Source: Treponema sp.
Lineage (GTDB): Bacteria; Spirochaetota; Spirochaetia; Treponematales; Treponemataceae
Direction: 5' to 3'
Assembly: GCA_017470605.1 (NCBI GenBank)
Contig: JAFUYH010000006.1
Span: forward strand, 8,078 to 72,077
DNA length: 64,000 bases
The notes under the pieces were generated by a model, which was not told the DNA's origin, ran no database searches, and saw nothing but the letters and a program-made list of their open reading frames with translations. This document shows positions 28,517 through 39,486 of this stretch, piece by piece. Position 1 is the first letter of the stretch; each line of letters begins with the position of its first letter. A program made the translations under genes and the position numbers.

Positions 28517-31500
28517 ATGAAGAGAAGAACATTTTTTGCAGGCGCAATCCTGCTTTTTTTGGGGCACAGTCTTTCTGCGCAAAATTCTTTTTTTGATAAT
28601 TATGTTTATCAGTCCTGGCATTCATTTGGTTCTCTTAACGGCACCACAGTTACTGATATTGCACAGACTAAAGACGGCTATATCAACATAGGAACTTATG
28701 AAGGTCTGGCCAGATTTGACGGCGTTACCTTTACTACACACAAACGTAAATCAGGAAACGACCTTACCTTTGTTTCTGTACGCGCCATTCTTGAAGATTC
28801 TCATGGAAACTTATGGCTGGGCTCAAATGACGAAGGCCTGCAAAAAATCTCCCAAGAAAGTAAAAAAACTTATACCATGCAGAACGGACTTCCAAATAAT
28901 TCCATCCGCTGCCTTGCAGAAGACAAAAAGGGCAACGTGTGGATTGGAACCGCAGCAGGCGTTGTTTACATCACCCCGCAGGGGCACATGATAACTCCAC
29001 AATTTGAAGCGGGTACCATTTCTAAAGGAATTATTGCAACATCACTTTACTGCGATACAGCAGGCAGAATCTGGCTTTTAACTGCAAATGAACGCGGACT
29101 TTTTATGTTCAGCGATGGAATCTTCCGCACCAGACCGGAACTTGAACCTTTTGGAATTTACTTTGCAACTTCAATCTGTCAGGATTTAAAAGGAGTTTTC
29201 TGGATTGGACTGGGAGACCTGGGACTTGTGCGCATGGAAAACGGTGATGTTCAGAAAATAGAAACCGGAACCCTTCTGGACGATGAACCAACCACTGCAA
29301 GTTACACAAACAAAGACGGAACAATCTGGTTTGGAACAGAAAAAGGACTTGTTGTTTATAATGAAGGACAGTTTTATGAATATACAGGCAGCATTCTTAA
29401 TTCGGCAAAGATAAACAAGATAATCTGCGACAGGGAAGACAACATCTGGATTGCCACAGACAGAAGCGGAATTGGAAAGCTGACTAACGGCAAATTCAAG
29501 GTTACAAAATTGGGCGTAACCGTAAACAGTATTACAGAAGACAGGAGCGGAAATGTCTGGGTTGGAACAGATAACGGTGTGCGCTGTTACCAGAATGACG
29601 CAGAAGTTCACAATTCACTTACAGAATACACAAAAGGGCTTCGCATTAGGGATATAGAAGCTACCAAACATGGCGACATCCTTGTAAGCTGTTATACAAA
29701 ACCAAGTCAGATAAAATATGACGGCTGGCACATAGACAATTGGACTACAGATGATGGCCTTGCAGGAAACAAAGTGCGCGTTGCAATAGAAGCAAATACC
29801 AGAGATTTATATGTAGGAACCACAACAGGATTAAGCATAATCCACACAGACGGCACAATCAGAAACTTTAAGCAGACAGACGGTCTTGAAAATGAATACA
29901 TCATGGCTCTTTATCAGGATACGAACAACATAATCTGGATTGGCACGGACGGCGGTGGAATATATCTTATGCAGGATGAAAAAATCATCTCTCACTTTAC
30001 TTCCGAAAACGGACTGGCAGGAAACGTAATTTTTAAGATTACCCAGAATGTGGACGGAGCCTTCTGGATTTGCAGCGGAAGCGGAATTACCCGCTGTGCA
30101 GGCTTTGATAGCAGAAGCGGACTTCCACCTGTATTCCAGAACATAAATTCTGATAACGGCATAGAAACAGATTCAATGTTCCAGATTCTTGCAGACAGCA
30201 CAAACACGCTCTGGATGACCAGCAATCATGGAATCTCATCTGCTTCTCTTTCTGAAATTCTTGATGTTGCAAACGGAAAAACAAAAAAGACATCAGTTAA
30301 GTTCTATAACCGTAATGACGGACTGGATTCAGACGGGCCTACTTCTACTGCAAAAAGCATTATAGACAAATACGGACGCATCTGGTTTGCCATGGTAGAC
30401 GGAATTGCAGTTTATGACCCGGTTAAAATCAAGGAAAATTCAATCACTCCTCTGGTTCAGATTGAAAAAGTAATTGTAGACAACGATGTAATCATAGATA
30501 ACACGCTTTATCAGTCTGCCATTAAATCAATTACATTAAAACCGGGTACACAGCGCGTAGATATAAGCTACACAGGACTAAGTTTTGATGCCCCTGAAAG
30601 AATCACTTTTTCACATCAGCTTTCAAACTTTGAAAAAACATTCAGTCCACCAACAACTTCCCGCACAATGTCTTACACAAACCTTACGCCAGGAAAGCAT
30701 AATTTTTACGTTTTTGCAATAAATGGTGATGAAGTCTATTCTGAACGGGCAGAAGCAGTGCTTTTTGTTCAGAAACCATATATATATCAGATGCCAGTTT
30801 TCTGGATTATCATTGCAATCATTGCAATGGGCTCCATCATATTTGTTTTCTATATCCGCCAGAACAGGATGAAAAAAGAAAACATACGTCTGGAAGGTAT
30901 GGTTCGCATTCGTACAGCAGAACTGAATCTTGAAAAGGAAAAATCAGATGAACTTCTGCAGGCAATCTTTCCAAAAGAAATTGCGAATGAACTTAAAACA
31001 GGAATTCATTCTATCGGTCAGGATCATGAAGATGTTACGATTCTCTTTTCAGATATTGTGGAATTTACAAAAACTTCAAGCGGACACACTGCGGCAGAAA
31101 TTGTAGAAGGCCTGAACGACCTTTTTACACTTTTTGATAAGAGGGCACAACGCTGCGGGGTTGAAAAAATTAAGACAATAGGCGATGCTTATATGGCTGC
31201 CTGCGGGCTGCCGTCACCAAATAAAGACCATGCCTTAGTTATGCTGGAATATGCAAAAGGAATGCTGGAAGATTTGGCAGAATACAATAAAACTGCTAAA
31301 ATCCCTTTCAATATCAGAATCGGATTAAACAGCGGGCCTGTTACGGCTGGTGTAATTGGCCGAACAAAATTTATTTATGATGTCTGGGGAAACACTGTAA
31401 ATGTTGCAAGCCGTATGGAAACTGCGGCAAAACCGGGCGGAATAAGGGTAACGGAAGCCTTGGTCAAGCACTTAAAACCTGGAGAAGGCGGTATAATTTT

Positions 31501-31564
31501 CAGTCAGCCTATTGAATGTGATGTAAAAGGCAAGGGCCTGATGATTACTTACGACGTCTTGTAA
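28517..31564 (+). CDS. two-component-regulator-propeller/Y_Y_Y sensor fused to a class III adenylate cyclase
   Basis: Signal peptide, then many Reg_prop-like repeats ([22 protein letters not shown] etc.) and a Y_Y_Y-like segment (ISYTGLSF...YVFAINGD). One TM helix ([20 protein letters not shown]). Cyclase motifs [39 protein letters not shown]. Confidence 0.85.
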   Translation: MKRRTFFAGAILLFLGHSLSAQNSFFDNYVYQSWHSFGSLNGTTVTDIAQTKDGYINIGTYEGLARFDGVTFTTHKRKSGNDLTFVSVRAILEDSHGNLWLGSNDEGLQKISQESKKTYTMQNGLPNNSIRCLAEDKKGNVWIGTAAGVVYITPQGHMITPQFEAGTISKGIIATSLYCDTAGRIWLLTANERGLFMFSDGIFRTRPELEPFGIYFATSICQDLKGVFWIGLGDLGLVRMENGDVQKIETGTLLDDEPTTASYTNKDGTIWFGTEKGLVVYNEGQFYEYTGSILNSAKINKIICDREDNIWIATDRSGIGKLTNGKFKVTKLGVTVNSITEDRSGNVWVGTDNGVRCYQNDAEVHNSLTEYTKGLRIRDIEATKHGDILVSCYTKPSQIKYDGWHIDNWTTDDGLAGNKVRVAIEANTRDLYVGTTTGLSIIHTDGTIRNFKQTDGLENEYIMALYQDTNNIIWIGTDGGGIYLMQDEKIISHFTSENGLAGNVIFKITQNVDGAFWICSGSGITRCAGFDSRSGLPPVFQNINSDNGIETDSMFQILADSTNTLWMTSNHGISSASLSEILDVANGKTKKTSVKFYNRNDGLDSDGPTSTAKSIIDKYGRIWFAMVDGIAVYDPVKIKENSITPLVQIEKVIVDNDVIIDNTLYQSAIKSITLKPGTQRVDISYTGLSFDAPERITFSHQLSNFEKTFSPPTTSRTMSYTNLTPGKHNFYVFAINGDEVYSERAEAVLFVQKPYIYQMPVFWIIIAIIAMGSIIFVFYIRQNRMKKENIRLEGMVRIRTAELNLEKEKSDELLQAIFPKEIANELKTGIHSIGQDHEDVTILFSDIVEFTKTSSGHTAAEIVEGLNDLFTLFDKRAQRCGVEKIKTIGDAYMAACGLPSPNKDHALVMLEYAKGMLEDLAEYNKTAKIPFNIRIGLNSGPVTAGVIGRTKFIYDVWGNTVNVASRMETAAKPGGIRVTEALVKHLKPGEGGIIFSQPIECDVKGKGLMITYDVL

Positions 31565-31578
31565 TAGTGGAGGAATAT

Positions 31579-32781
31579 ATGAAAAAGATGATGATTTGGG
31601 CCGGGAGCCTGCTGATGGGGATGATGACGGCGGCACTTTTTATCGGTTGTAAAGATAAAGAAGGAAAAGGCGGATATGTAAAAGTAGGTCTGCTTCATTC
31701 CTTAAGCGGCACTATGGCAATAAGCGAAATTCCTGTACGCGATTCAGAACTTCTGGCTATAAAAGAAATAAATGAAGCCGGCGGAATTCTTGGGAAAAAG
31801 ATAAAGCCTGTAGAAGTGGACGGTGCCAGCGACCTTGCAACCTTTGCGGAAAAAGCCCGCAAACTGATTACAGAAGATAAGGTTGTTACGCTTTTTGGCT
31901 GCTGGACATCTGCTTCACGCAAGGCTGTAAAACCTGTTGTAGAAGAACTTTTCAGTCTTTTGTGGTATCCAGTTCAGTATGAAGGAATGGAAGCAAGTCC
32001 TAACATCATGTACATGGGGGCTTCACCAAATCAGCAGGTTGTTCCGGCAATTGACTATTGTGCAGAAAACTTTGGAAAAAGAATGTATCTGCTGGGCAGC
32101 GACTATATTTTTCCTCGCACTACAAACAGAATTATTAAGGCACAGTTAGGACAGCTGCAGGGCGAATGTGTGGGCGAAACCTATGTACCGATGGGACATT
32201 CAGATTTCACAGAAATCATTGCAGAAATTCTGGCAGAAAAACCGGATACAATTATTAACAGTCTGAACGGAGATTCAAATGTTGCATTCTTTAAGCAGTT
32301 AAAAGAAGCTGGAATAACGGCAGATTCCATTCCTGTTATGAGTTTTTCTGTTTCAGAAGAAGAAATTTCAAAAATTGGTGTAGAAAACATCAAGAACCAT
32401 CTGGTTGCATGGAATTATTATGAAACTACAGAAACAGACCGCAATACAAAATTTGTTTCAGATTATAAATCAGAATATGGAAGTGACCGCGTAACAGGCG
32501 ACCCTATAGAAGCAGGCTACATTGCCGTTTATATGTGGGCTGCTGCCTGCGAAAAGGCAGGAAGTTTTGAAGTAGAAGACGTGCGTATGGCTGCAAAAGG
32601 TTTAAGTTTTACGGCGCCAGAGGGAACCGTAACCATAGACGGCTCAAATCAGCACCTTTACAAACAGGTCCGCATTGGAAAAATTAACGACAAGGGTCTG
32701 ATTGATGAAATCTGGGCAACACCAGGAGCCGTAAAACCTGACCCATACCTTAGTACCTATGAATGGGCACGCGGACTCTAG
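31579..32781 (+). CDS. periplasmic binding lipoprotein of the UrtA/AmiC (Leu/Ile/Val-binding-like) family; no cognate permease nearby
   Basis: [42 protein letters not shown]...[13 protein letters not shown]...PNQQ. Lipobox [11 protein letters not shown] 31579 preceded by GGAGGAA, 15 nt after the cyclase stop. Confidence 0.75.
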   Translation: MKKMMIWAGSLLMGMMTAALFIGCKDKEGKGGYVKVGLLHSLSGTMAISEIPVRDSELLAIKEINEAGGILGKKIKPVEVDGASDLATFAEKARKLITEDKVVTLFGCWTSASRKAVKPVVEELFSLLWYPVQYEGMEASPNIMYMGASPNQQVVPAIDYCAENFGKRMYLLGSDYIFPRTTNRIIKAQLGQLQGECVGETYVPMGHSDFTEIIAEILAEKPDTIINSLNGDSNVAFFKQLKEAGITADSIPVMSFSVSEEEISKIGVENIKNHLVAWNYYETTETDRNTKFVSDYKSEYGSDRVTGDPIEAGYIAVYMWAAACEKAGSFEVEDVRMAAKGLSFTAPEGTVTIDGSNQHLYKQVRIGKINDKGLIDEIWATPGAVKPDPYLSTYEWARGL

Positions 32782-32791
32782 AGTCTGCACT

Positions 32792-33718
32792 TTACAAGCA
32801 TAAAGAACTAAAGAAGTCACATTCTTCGTTATTGCAGATTACGGCTTCCGGCAAATCAGGGTCGCAATGGAAAACGTGCCAGAGAGGTTTTTCTTCTGTT
32901 CCATAGCAGCGGTATTCATGGCGAACCCCGTTTTTTTCTAGGGAAGAGATAATAAAAGGTACCTGTGTTAAAAGGAAATCTCCTTTGCAGGTCATTACAA
33001 AAGAAGGCGGAAAATCTTTAGTAAGATACTGATAGCCGTTTATGAGTTTCACTTCTGCTGGGGTGCCCCCATCCGGCATAAGTGCCCCAAGCAGCATTTT
33101 AGTCTGCCTGTTACCGGCCAGGGCTTCATCCATATTATATTTTCCGCAATTAAGGGCAATGCCTCGTAAAACAAGAGGCTTTTTCTTAATAAACGGAAAG
33201 TTTTTTGCATAATCTTCATTTGTAATTGCAGCAGCATAAAGGGTAAGCAGATGCCCGCCCGCAGAATCACCAACTGCAAAAACATTCTGACAATCAAAAG
33301 CATATTTTTCTGAATTATCACAAATCCACTGAAAAACTTTTTCACTATCTTCCAAAGAAGAAGGAAACTGTGCTTCCGGGGCAAGACGGTAAGAATAGTT
33401 CACAACCGCAAAACCGCGCTCCGCAAGATTCATGCCATAAAACTGATATACGTCTTTATCGCCATAAACCCAGGCACCGCCGTGAACAATCACAATTACC
33501 GGCAGTTTTTTTAATTTTCCATCTTCACTAACAGCGGCTTTAGGCCTGTAAACATCCAGCAACTGCCACTTCTGCAGTTTTTTATCATCACCATAAAGGA
33601 TATTATCAAAGCGAACAATTCCTGCAGGAGTAGTTTTAGAAGAATCGCGTTTTTTGTCTCCCCTGCCAAAGGCCTTTCTAATCTGATTTGCAGCAATCCT
33701 GTATTTCAGCTTTATCAT
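32792..33718 (-). CDS. alpha/beta hydrolase (esterase/lipase, HGG type)
   Basis: Oxyanion motif VHGGAW and nucleophile elbow GDSAGG. Confidence 0.8.
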   Translation of the reverse strand: MIKLKYRIAANQIRKAFGRGDKKRDSSKTTPAGIVRFDNILYGDDKKLQKWQLLDVYRPKAAVSEDGKLKKLPVIVIVHGGAWVYGDKDVYQFYGMNLAERGFAVVNYSYRLAPEAQFPSSLEDSEKVFQWICDNSEKYAFDCQNVFAVGDSAGGHLLTLYAAAITNEDYAKNFPFIKKKPLVLRGIALNCGKYNMDEALAGNRQTKMLLGALMPDGGTPAEVKLINGYQYLTKDFPPSFVMTCKGDFLLTQVPFIISSLEKNGVRHEYRCYGTEEKPLWHVFHCDPDLPEAVICNNEECDFFSSLCL

Positions 33719-33731
33719 ACTTTCCCCCTTA

Positions 33732-34679
33732 TCAAGCCTGCCTTGAAATCAGTTTTTCTACAGCCTCGTCATAGCAATTATCAAAAGTGGCACGAATAAG
33801 AGGGCGGGCTGCAATAACCTGACTGGCACCGTAATAAAGTGCCGTCTGAACATCAGAATAAGTACGTATTCCGCCATCCACCCAGATTTCTCCACAAAAA
33901 TCATGAAGTTCTTCTGCATGGGCGGCAAGAAATTCTGCCGTACTTCCAATGCGGGTTTCAACTCGCCCGCCATGATTTGAAATATAAACTACATCCGGTT
34001 TAACCTGACGCACCAGTTCAATATCTGACTCTGTAAAAACGCCTTTTATTACAAAGGGCAATCCTGAATGTTTGCGAAAATCTTCCAGTTGGGCAGCAGT
34101 CTTCTGCTCCAGATTCACAAGATTCCTCATTGTGAGGATATTATACGAATCAATGTCTATTCCGATGTGGGAAGCATAGGGTTTTACCCATTCTATGCGC
34201 TCAAAAAGCCGCTTCTGAGGGTAAGGCTTTAAGAAAAAGGCAGCCCTTGCCCCCGCAAGCCCCACAGCCCCGGCATCCTCTCCCAGCCGTCTTACAGCCT
34301 CCACGCCCAGATGCAGTTTTTCATCAGGGCAGCCGTCGCCAACACAAAGCCCAAAACCGGCGCTCAGGGCATTTGAAAGGTAAGGAAAATAAAAATCAGC
34401 TTCCTTTTCATAGCCAATATTTTCTACTGCGCCGGTAACAGGCCCGCAGCGCAGTGCTTCCGCCCCCACTTGCACGGCTTCCAGTTCGCTCAAACGCCCG
34501 CAGGCAGCCACCCGCCCCCGCAGCAAAGCCCAGCCCTCACAGTTGAGCATAAAATTCTGATTTTCAAAAACGCCGCCAAGCCCGGGTAACATTCCCATGC
34601 AGCCGTAGCCGTCGCACACAGGGCAGCGGTGGCACTTAAGTTCACCAGCCGCCAGCCCTCCCCCAGTTCTAATCTCCAA
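33732..34679 (-). CDS. FMN-dependent alpha-hydroxy-acid oxidising enzyme family protein
   Basis: YISNHGGR and VDGGIR motifs. N-terminal Cys cluster CHRCPVCDGYGC. Confidence 0.6.
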   Translation of the reverse strand: MEIRTGGGLAAGELKCHRCPVCDGYGCMGMLPGLGGVFENQNFMLNCEGWALLRGRVAACGRLSELEAVQVGAEALRCGPVTGAVENIGYEKEADFYFPYLSNALSAGFGLCVGDGCPDEKLHLGVEAVRRLGEDAGAVGLAGARAAFFLKPYPQKRLFERIEWVKPYASHIGIDIDSYNILTMRNLVNLEQKTAAQLEDFRKHSGLPFVIKGVFTESDIELVRQVKPDVVYISNHGGRVETRIGSTAEFLAAHAEELHDFCGEIWVDGGIRTYSDVQTALYYGASQVIAARPLIRATFDNCYDEAVEKLISRQA

Positions 34680-35760
34680 AACAAATTCCTAAATCGCGGG
34701 CAGTTTTAAGAACAGGGTCATCCTTCTGTATTTCTTTTACACGCCCTGCAACAACACTTAAAGGAATTGCGGCAATTGCACCATTTTTAACGGCCACAAG
34801 GTTTCCAAACTGTCTGTTAGCCAAAAAGTCTGCAGCAGCATTTCCCAGTTTTGTTGCAAGAATTCTATCATAAGGAGCCGGATCTCCACCCCTCTGTAAA
34901 TATCCAAGAACAGAAGTTCTGGTTTCTATTCCTGTTTCTGATTCTATTTCTTTTGCAACGCGGAAACCAACTGACTGTGGCATTGACTCACGAACCTTCT
35001 TAAATTCCTTTTTACCAAGTTTTGCCTCGTTCAAATCAATGGCACCTTCCGAACAGGCAATTATAAAATGATTCTGACCGGCAGTTTTTTTTGCCTTCAT
35101 GAATTTTGCAATTTTCTTAATGTCATAAGGAATTTCCGGCAATAAAATCACGTCGGCTCTGGCCGCAAGCCCTGAATAAAGCCCCAGCCAGCCCACCTTG
35201 TGCCCCATAATTTCTACAACCATTGCCCTGCTATGGCTGCGGGCTGTTGTACGGATTGCTTCTATTCCATTTGTGGCAACATCAATTGCAGTATGAAAAC
35301 CGAATGTTTCATCTGTTCCCACAATATCATTATCAATTGTCTTTGGCATTCCAATTACGTTAAAACCAGCCTCATAAAGAAGAGAAGCTGTTGTATTAGT
35401 TCCATTTCCGCCCAGACAGACAAGGGCATCCAGCTTATTTTCCTTAAAAGTTTTCTTAATTCCTTCTACAGGAAGAAGGCCTGTTTTTGGATCCGGCACA
35501 GGATTTTTAAATGGCTTAACGCGTGAAGTTCCAAGAATTGTTCCGCCCTGAGAAATAAGCGGCTCCAAGTCAATTTCATCCATCTTAAAAGTATCGCCGT
35601 CTATAAGCCCGCGGTAGCCGTTGCGGATTCCAATAAATTTCATGCCATAATTATTTTTACCGGAAATGCAGAGTGCCCGAATTGCGGCATTCAGTCCCGG
35701 AGCATCACCGCCGGAAGTCAAGATTCCGACTGTTTTAATAGAAGTCTGTTTAGGTGCCAT
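34669..35760 (-). CDS. pfk: 6-phosphofructokinase (PfkA family, mixed ATP/PPi signature)
   Basis: VGILTSGGDAPGLNAAIRA, LGGNGT, PKTIDNDI. Start taken at ATG 35760 (MAPKQTS...). Confidence 0.85.
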   Translation of the reverse strand: MAPKQTSIKTVGILTSGGDAPGLNAAIRALCISGKNNYGMKFIGIRNGYRGLIDGDTFKMDEIDLEPLISQGGTILGTSRVKPFKNPVPDPKTGLLPVEGIKKTFKENKLDALVCLGGNGTNTTASLLYEAGFNVIGMPKTIDNDIVGTDETFGFHTAIDVATNGIEAIRTTARSHSRAMVVEIMGHKVGWLGLYSGLAARADVILLPEIPYDIKKIAKFMKAKKTAGQNHFIIACSEGAIDLNEAKLGKKEFKKVRESMPQSVGFRVAKEIESETGIETRTSVLGYLQRGGDPAPYDRILATKLGNAAADFLANRQFGNLVAVKNGAIAAIPLSVVAGRVKEIQKDDPVLKTARDLGICFGD

Positions 35761-35806
35761 AAGAATAATTATAACAAGAAACATAACAACAGACAATTAA
35801 AAAGCA

Positions 35807-37372
35807 TCATTGAAACTCCCATTGGAGTGTATATGGAATTTCCTGACTATAATATCCAAAAGTTGAATAAACCTTTACATATACCTCGTCATAATCGTAA
35901 GCTGAAATATCAATCTCATTCTTTTCATCTTCAAAAACTGCATCTATAAGATTTCCTGCTTTGTATAATACCAACTGCAAATTATATTCAAGAAATTCAG
36001 GACTTATTAATTTGAACTGATTAACGGCATTTTCTTTATTCCCATCCTTCTTAAATACATACCAGTCATCATCATTTGAACACCATAAATATGAAACTAT
36101 TTGATTTTCTGGTTGATTCACAATATATGCATCAATTTGATAATTATTCGGTTCATATGTGTCTATATTTAAATAAGCAGAATTAATATCTTGCATTTTT
36201 GATAAGAACGATATATATGACGGACATAGCTCTAAAAACCGAAGTCTATTTGACGTATATTCCCATGAATCTTTTGAATAAGTTAGAAAATCTGGAAAAT
36301 AAATAGACATTCCTGTCGAAAATTCTGAACAATTTTTAATTAGAATATTTTTATACTCTCTTTCTAAAGCATCATCAAAAAGAATTTCTATATCAACAAC
36401 ATCACTCAAAAAATCATAATAATATGAACGACTTTCACTAATTGCTTTTAATCCAGAGAAAGACTCCATGTATTCTTCAAATTTGTGTAAAAACTTCTGC
36501 ATGCTATAATTTTCATCAATTCTAAAAGCAGAAATTGTAGTTTTCTGCTTTTCATAGTTTTTTGAATATGAATCACAAATTTGAATACATTTTTCATCAA
36601 TACTTTTATCCGAAAATAATATAGGTATAATATTATTATAAGGCATTCCATCTTCTGGAATTGAATCTTGAGAAAAAATAACAGTGTCTGTAAGACCTAT
36701 CATTTCAGCAGCAACTTCAACTGATGCCATAAAACAGGCATCCATCAATATTATATCAAAATGACCTATACAGGAACTTTTAATGGCATAAGATAATTCT
36801 TTTAAAGACAATGAATTATTTGAATCTTCATCAAAACAAATATTTCTGGAAGAGTTACGCACTACTCCTGTATATGAATCTCCAGATTTCCAGCCACCTC
36901 CATGATTCCATAAGTCCAGATACAGTTTCTTGCTATCATAGTGATTTTTAGCATACTGTAAAAATAGTTTTAATGTAGTTTCACTTCCTGTATCAATACT
37001 GTCATCTAACCATTCTAGAGAAACGCCTATATTATTATCTTCCAATTCAATAACATTCACCTCCTCATTCTCATAAGAAATCTGGTATAGTCTTGCTTCG
37101 TCCCAGCCATCTTCATAGAAATTGGAAGTATACCTATCTGCCAGAAGTAGAATAATATCATTTTCAGAGTTTAAGCCTTGCTTTATTTCCTCAAAATCTG
37201 AATAGACAGTTTTGTTTAATGAATTATCTCCTGCCATGTAAACAAGGAAAAGATTATTACATGTAATCCTTTCTGTTTTTGGAAAACAAGTACATGAAAG
37301 ACAACAAAGAATCAGCAACATTGAGATTATAGCTTGTGCAATAAATTTTTCCTTATCCATTCTTGTATTCAC
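35807..37372 (-). CDS. clostripain-like cysteine peptidase (family C11) lipoprotein with C-terminal PPC-like domain
   Basis: YMAGDNSL, catalytic His in LWNHGGGW, catalytic Cys in ILMDACFMAS. C-terminal EPNNYQ...SNDDDWYVF. Lipobox LCCLSC. AT-rich. Confidence 0.75.
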   Translation of the reverse strand: MNTRMDKEKFIAQAIISMLLILCCLSCTCFPKTERITCNNLFLVYMAGDNSLNKTVYSDFEEIKQGLNSENDIILLLADRYTSNFYEDGWDEARLYQISYENEEVNVIELEDNNIGVSLEWLDDSIDTGSETTLKLFLQYAKNHYDSKKLYLDLWNHGGGWKSGDSYTGVVRNSSRNICFDEDSNNSLSLKELSYAIKSSCIGHFDIILMDACFMASVEVAAEMIGLTDTVIFSQDSIPEDGMPYNNIIPILFSDKSIDEKCIQICDSYSKNYEKQKTTISAFRIDENYSMQKFLHKFEEYMESFSGLKAISESRSYYYDFLSDVVDIEILFDDALEREYKNILIKNCSEFSTGMSIYFPDFLTYSKDSWEYTSNRLRFLELCPSYISFLSKMQDINSAYLNIDTYEPNNYQIDAYIVNQPENQIVSYLWCSNDDDWYVFKKDGNKENAVNQFKLISPEFLEYNLQLVLYKAGNLIDAVFEDEKNEIDISAYDYDEVYVKVYSTFGYYSQEIPYTLQWEFQ

Positions 37373-38709
37373 GTTTCTTTAAGCCGGAGTCTTGCTATGT
37401 AAGAACCGGTCGTAATATAAAGGTAATCTCCTTCTGCATAACAGTGTCTTTCTCCACCAAAAATAGGAATATAATATTTACCCTTAATTATGCCCGTATC
37501 TATATCAATATAATATAAAAAACTGTTACTACAGCTTGGAATTACAAAATAATTTTTTACAATGCACCCTTCACAAAATAAATTTATAGAGTGATTTTCA
37601 TCAGTAAGTTTAGTTTTCCAATTAAGTCTTCCGTTCTTCGTATCTAAGCAATAAACACAGCCATAATCTGCTGCCAGAAAGAGATTTTCTTTATGTAAAA
37701 AAATCCCGTTTACACCATCAAAATTTTTATCATCAATTTCGTAAGTCCAGAGAGTATGATAGTTTTCCAATGAAACTCCATACACTATTAAATTTGACTT
37801 GCACTCTTCCCTATTAATAGTTTTCCAGCAACAAAAATAGCAGGTTTTTCCATCGGAAACTATGTTACTGTATATATTCGCTTCATAGATTTTTTCTTCA
37901 TTTGGAAATTCATAATCTATACAGTCTTTAGAATCATAATTGGGGGCAATTAATTTATTTAAATCATAGATAGCTAAAGGCTCGTATTTTTGATGCAGAA
38001 GAAGTTTATCTTCGACTATACATAAATCATGATCTTCTATGGGTAGAGAAATAGAACTAGGTATGAACCTTTTTATAACTTGATTCCCATTTGTATCAAG
38101 GAAAATAAGATAATATCCGTCATCATTCTTTTCTTCTGCATAATATATAATAAAATAATCCTTCCATTTTGGAATTGTAGGATTCCCTGTTACATTATAA
38201 TCAATTCGTCCATTTTCATCAGGAGTCCATCGCCATTGTACAGATAAATCTTCTGATTTTAAACAAAATAATTCAAATTCACCATGTTCAAATTGAATAA
38301 ATGCAGGCAAAGCCTTAACAAGTAACTGTTCATTATAACAACTTACTGATTCAAGATAAAAAGCATGTGAATCAATATATCCACTTTGAATAGCTTCTGT
38401 ATATAAAGTTTTTATAAGCGGAGAATCTCCATCTTTTCGAACCTTTACTATTTTTCCTGGAACTTCCTTGTATCCTGTTGTTACACAATAAAAATAATCT
38501 TCATCAGCTGCAATTGAATATTCTGTTATAAAAGAAATCTCATCAGGTAATAACTCAGCATCAAAAATATTTACATCTTCAAACTCTCCTATTTCCTTAT
38601 CTTTAACATCTTCTTCTGGTGAAAAAAAGGACATAATTAATTCACATGAAGAAAAAAGAAAGATAAGGATAATAGAAAGCAGTATACATAAAGTCTTTTG
38701 TTTTTTCAT
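37369..38709 (-). CDS. hypothetical lipoprotein, PQQ/BamB-like beta-propeller repeats suspected
   Basis: Lipobox FLFSSCEL. Repeat such as YGCVYCLDTKNGRLNWKTKL. 4-nt overlap with the C11 gene. AT-rich. Confidence 0.5.
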   Translation of the reverse strand: MKKQKTLCILLSIILIFLFSSCELIMSFFSPEEDVKDKEIGEFEDVNIFDAELLPDEISFITEYSIAADEDYFYCVTTGYKEVPGKIVKVRKDGDSPLIKTLYTEAIQSGYIDSHAFYLESVSCYNEQLLVKALPAFIQFEHGEFELFCLKSEDLSVQWRWTPDENGRIDYNVTGNPTIPKWKDYFIIYYAEEKNDDGYYLIFLDTNGNQVIKRFIPSSISLPIEDHDLCIVEDKLLLHQKYEPLAIYDLNKLIAPNYDSKDCIDYEFPNEEKIYEANIYSNIVSDGKTCYFCCWKTINREECKSNLIVYGVSLENYHTLWTYEIDDKNFDGVNGIFLHKENLFLAADYGCVYCLDTKNGRLNWKTKLTDENHSINLFCEGCIVKNYFVIPSCSNSFLYYIDIDTGIIKGKYYIPIFGGERHCYAEGDYLYITTGSYIARLRLKET

Positions 38710-38813
38710 TTCTATTATCCTTTAGTAATTATATCTAGTTCATTACAAAGTCCTTAGCTTGTATAAGTTTTTTTTTGCTATTATTATTTTACGTCATTGC
38801 TTTTAAAAAGATA

Positions 38814-38867
38814 GGTCATAAATGGTCATAAATTCATAGAATTATAAAAACATGACCTTTTATGACC
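38814..38867. promoter_or_regulatory. operator-like palindrome of four GGTCAT half-sites in a divergent promoter region
   Basis: GGTCATAAATGGTCAT (38814-38829), a 22-nt AT-rich spacer, then ATGACCTTTTATGACC (38852-38867). The arms match 15 of 16 as an inverted repeat. Confidence 0.55.
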
Positions 38868-38940
38868 ATGTTATGACTTCAAAAAAAATAATCTGGTGTT
38901 AAAATATGAATGTAAATTGAAGAAAAAGAGAGGAAATATA

Positions 38941-39486
38941 ATGTTTAACACAAACCTTGTTTATTCTTGTCAAAATCACATATGGAAATTACCTATTTGG
39001 GACTATCTTGTAAATGAAGTTTCAAATGTTTATAAATTGACACCAGAAGAAAAGAAGCAATTAGAAAACAGTTACACTGCAAAAATAATTGCCACAATAC
39101 CATTTGAAGCAGAATGTAAAAATCCTGAAAGAACAGCTATAGCTCATCTTTGTCTTTATGTTGCCGAATTAAAGGGTTTTCAAAAGTATTGCTCGCATCT
39201 ACCTACAGATGACAATGATATTTTTAATAGGTTAGCTTTCATTTCTACTTTTGAAAGTGGAAAACAAGAAATAATTAATCATGGAATGAATGTTCTGGCA
39301 TTAATAATGCTGGAAGGATATAAGAGGAGTATAGAAAAAGACAGAATCAATAATGTTTATAATCCTTTGATTTCTGGAAAGTGGAATTATCAGTCAATAA
39401 AAAATAAATTGCTTTGGGAAATAAATAAAATAAATGTACCAAATATTGATTGGATTTTTACAAATATTCCTTTAAACATATGGTAA
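38941..39486 (+). CDS. hypothetical cytoplasmic helical protein
   Basis: ATG 38941 preceded by GAGAGGAAA (the track start 38896 is GTG). No motif recognised. 7-nt overlap with the next gene. Confidence 0.5.
   Translation: MFNTNLVYSCQNHIWKLPIWDYLVNEVSNVYKLTPEEKKQLENSYTAKIIATIPFEAECKNPERTAIAHLCLYVAELKGFQKYCSHLPTDDNDIFNRLAFISTFESGKQEIINHGMNVLALIMLEGYKRSIEKDRINNVYNPLISGKWNYQSIKNKLLWEINKINVPNIDWIFTNIPLNIW

Noticed and set aside
35807-38709. Idea that the clan-CD (caspase-like) C11 protease plus repeat protein is an intracellular gasdermin/CHAT-type defence pair
   Set aside because: Both proteins start with signal peptides and lipoboxes, so they are exported. No gasdermin-like or NTPase sensor gene is adjacent.
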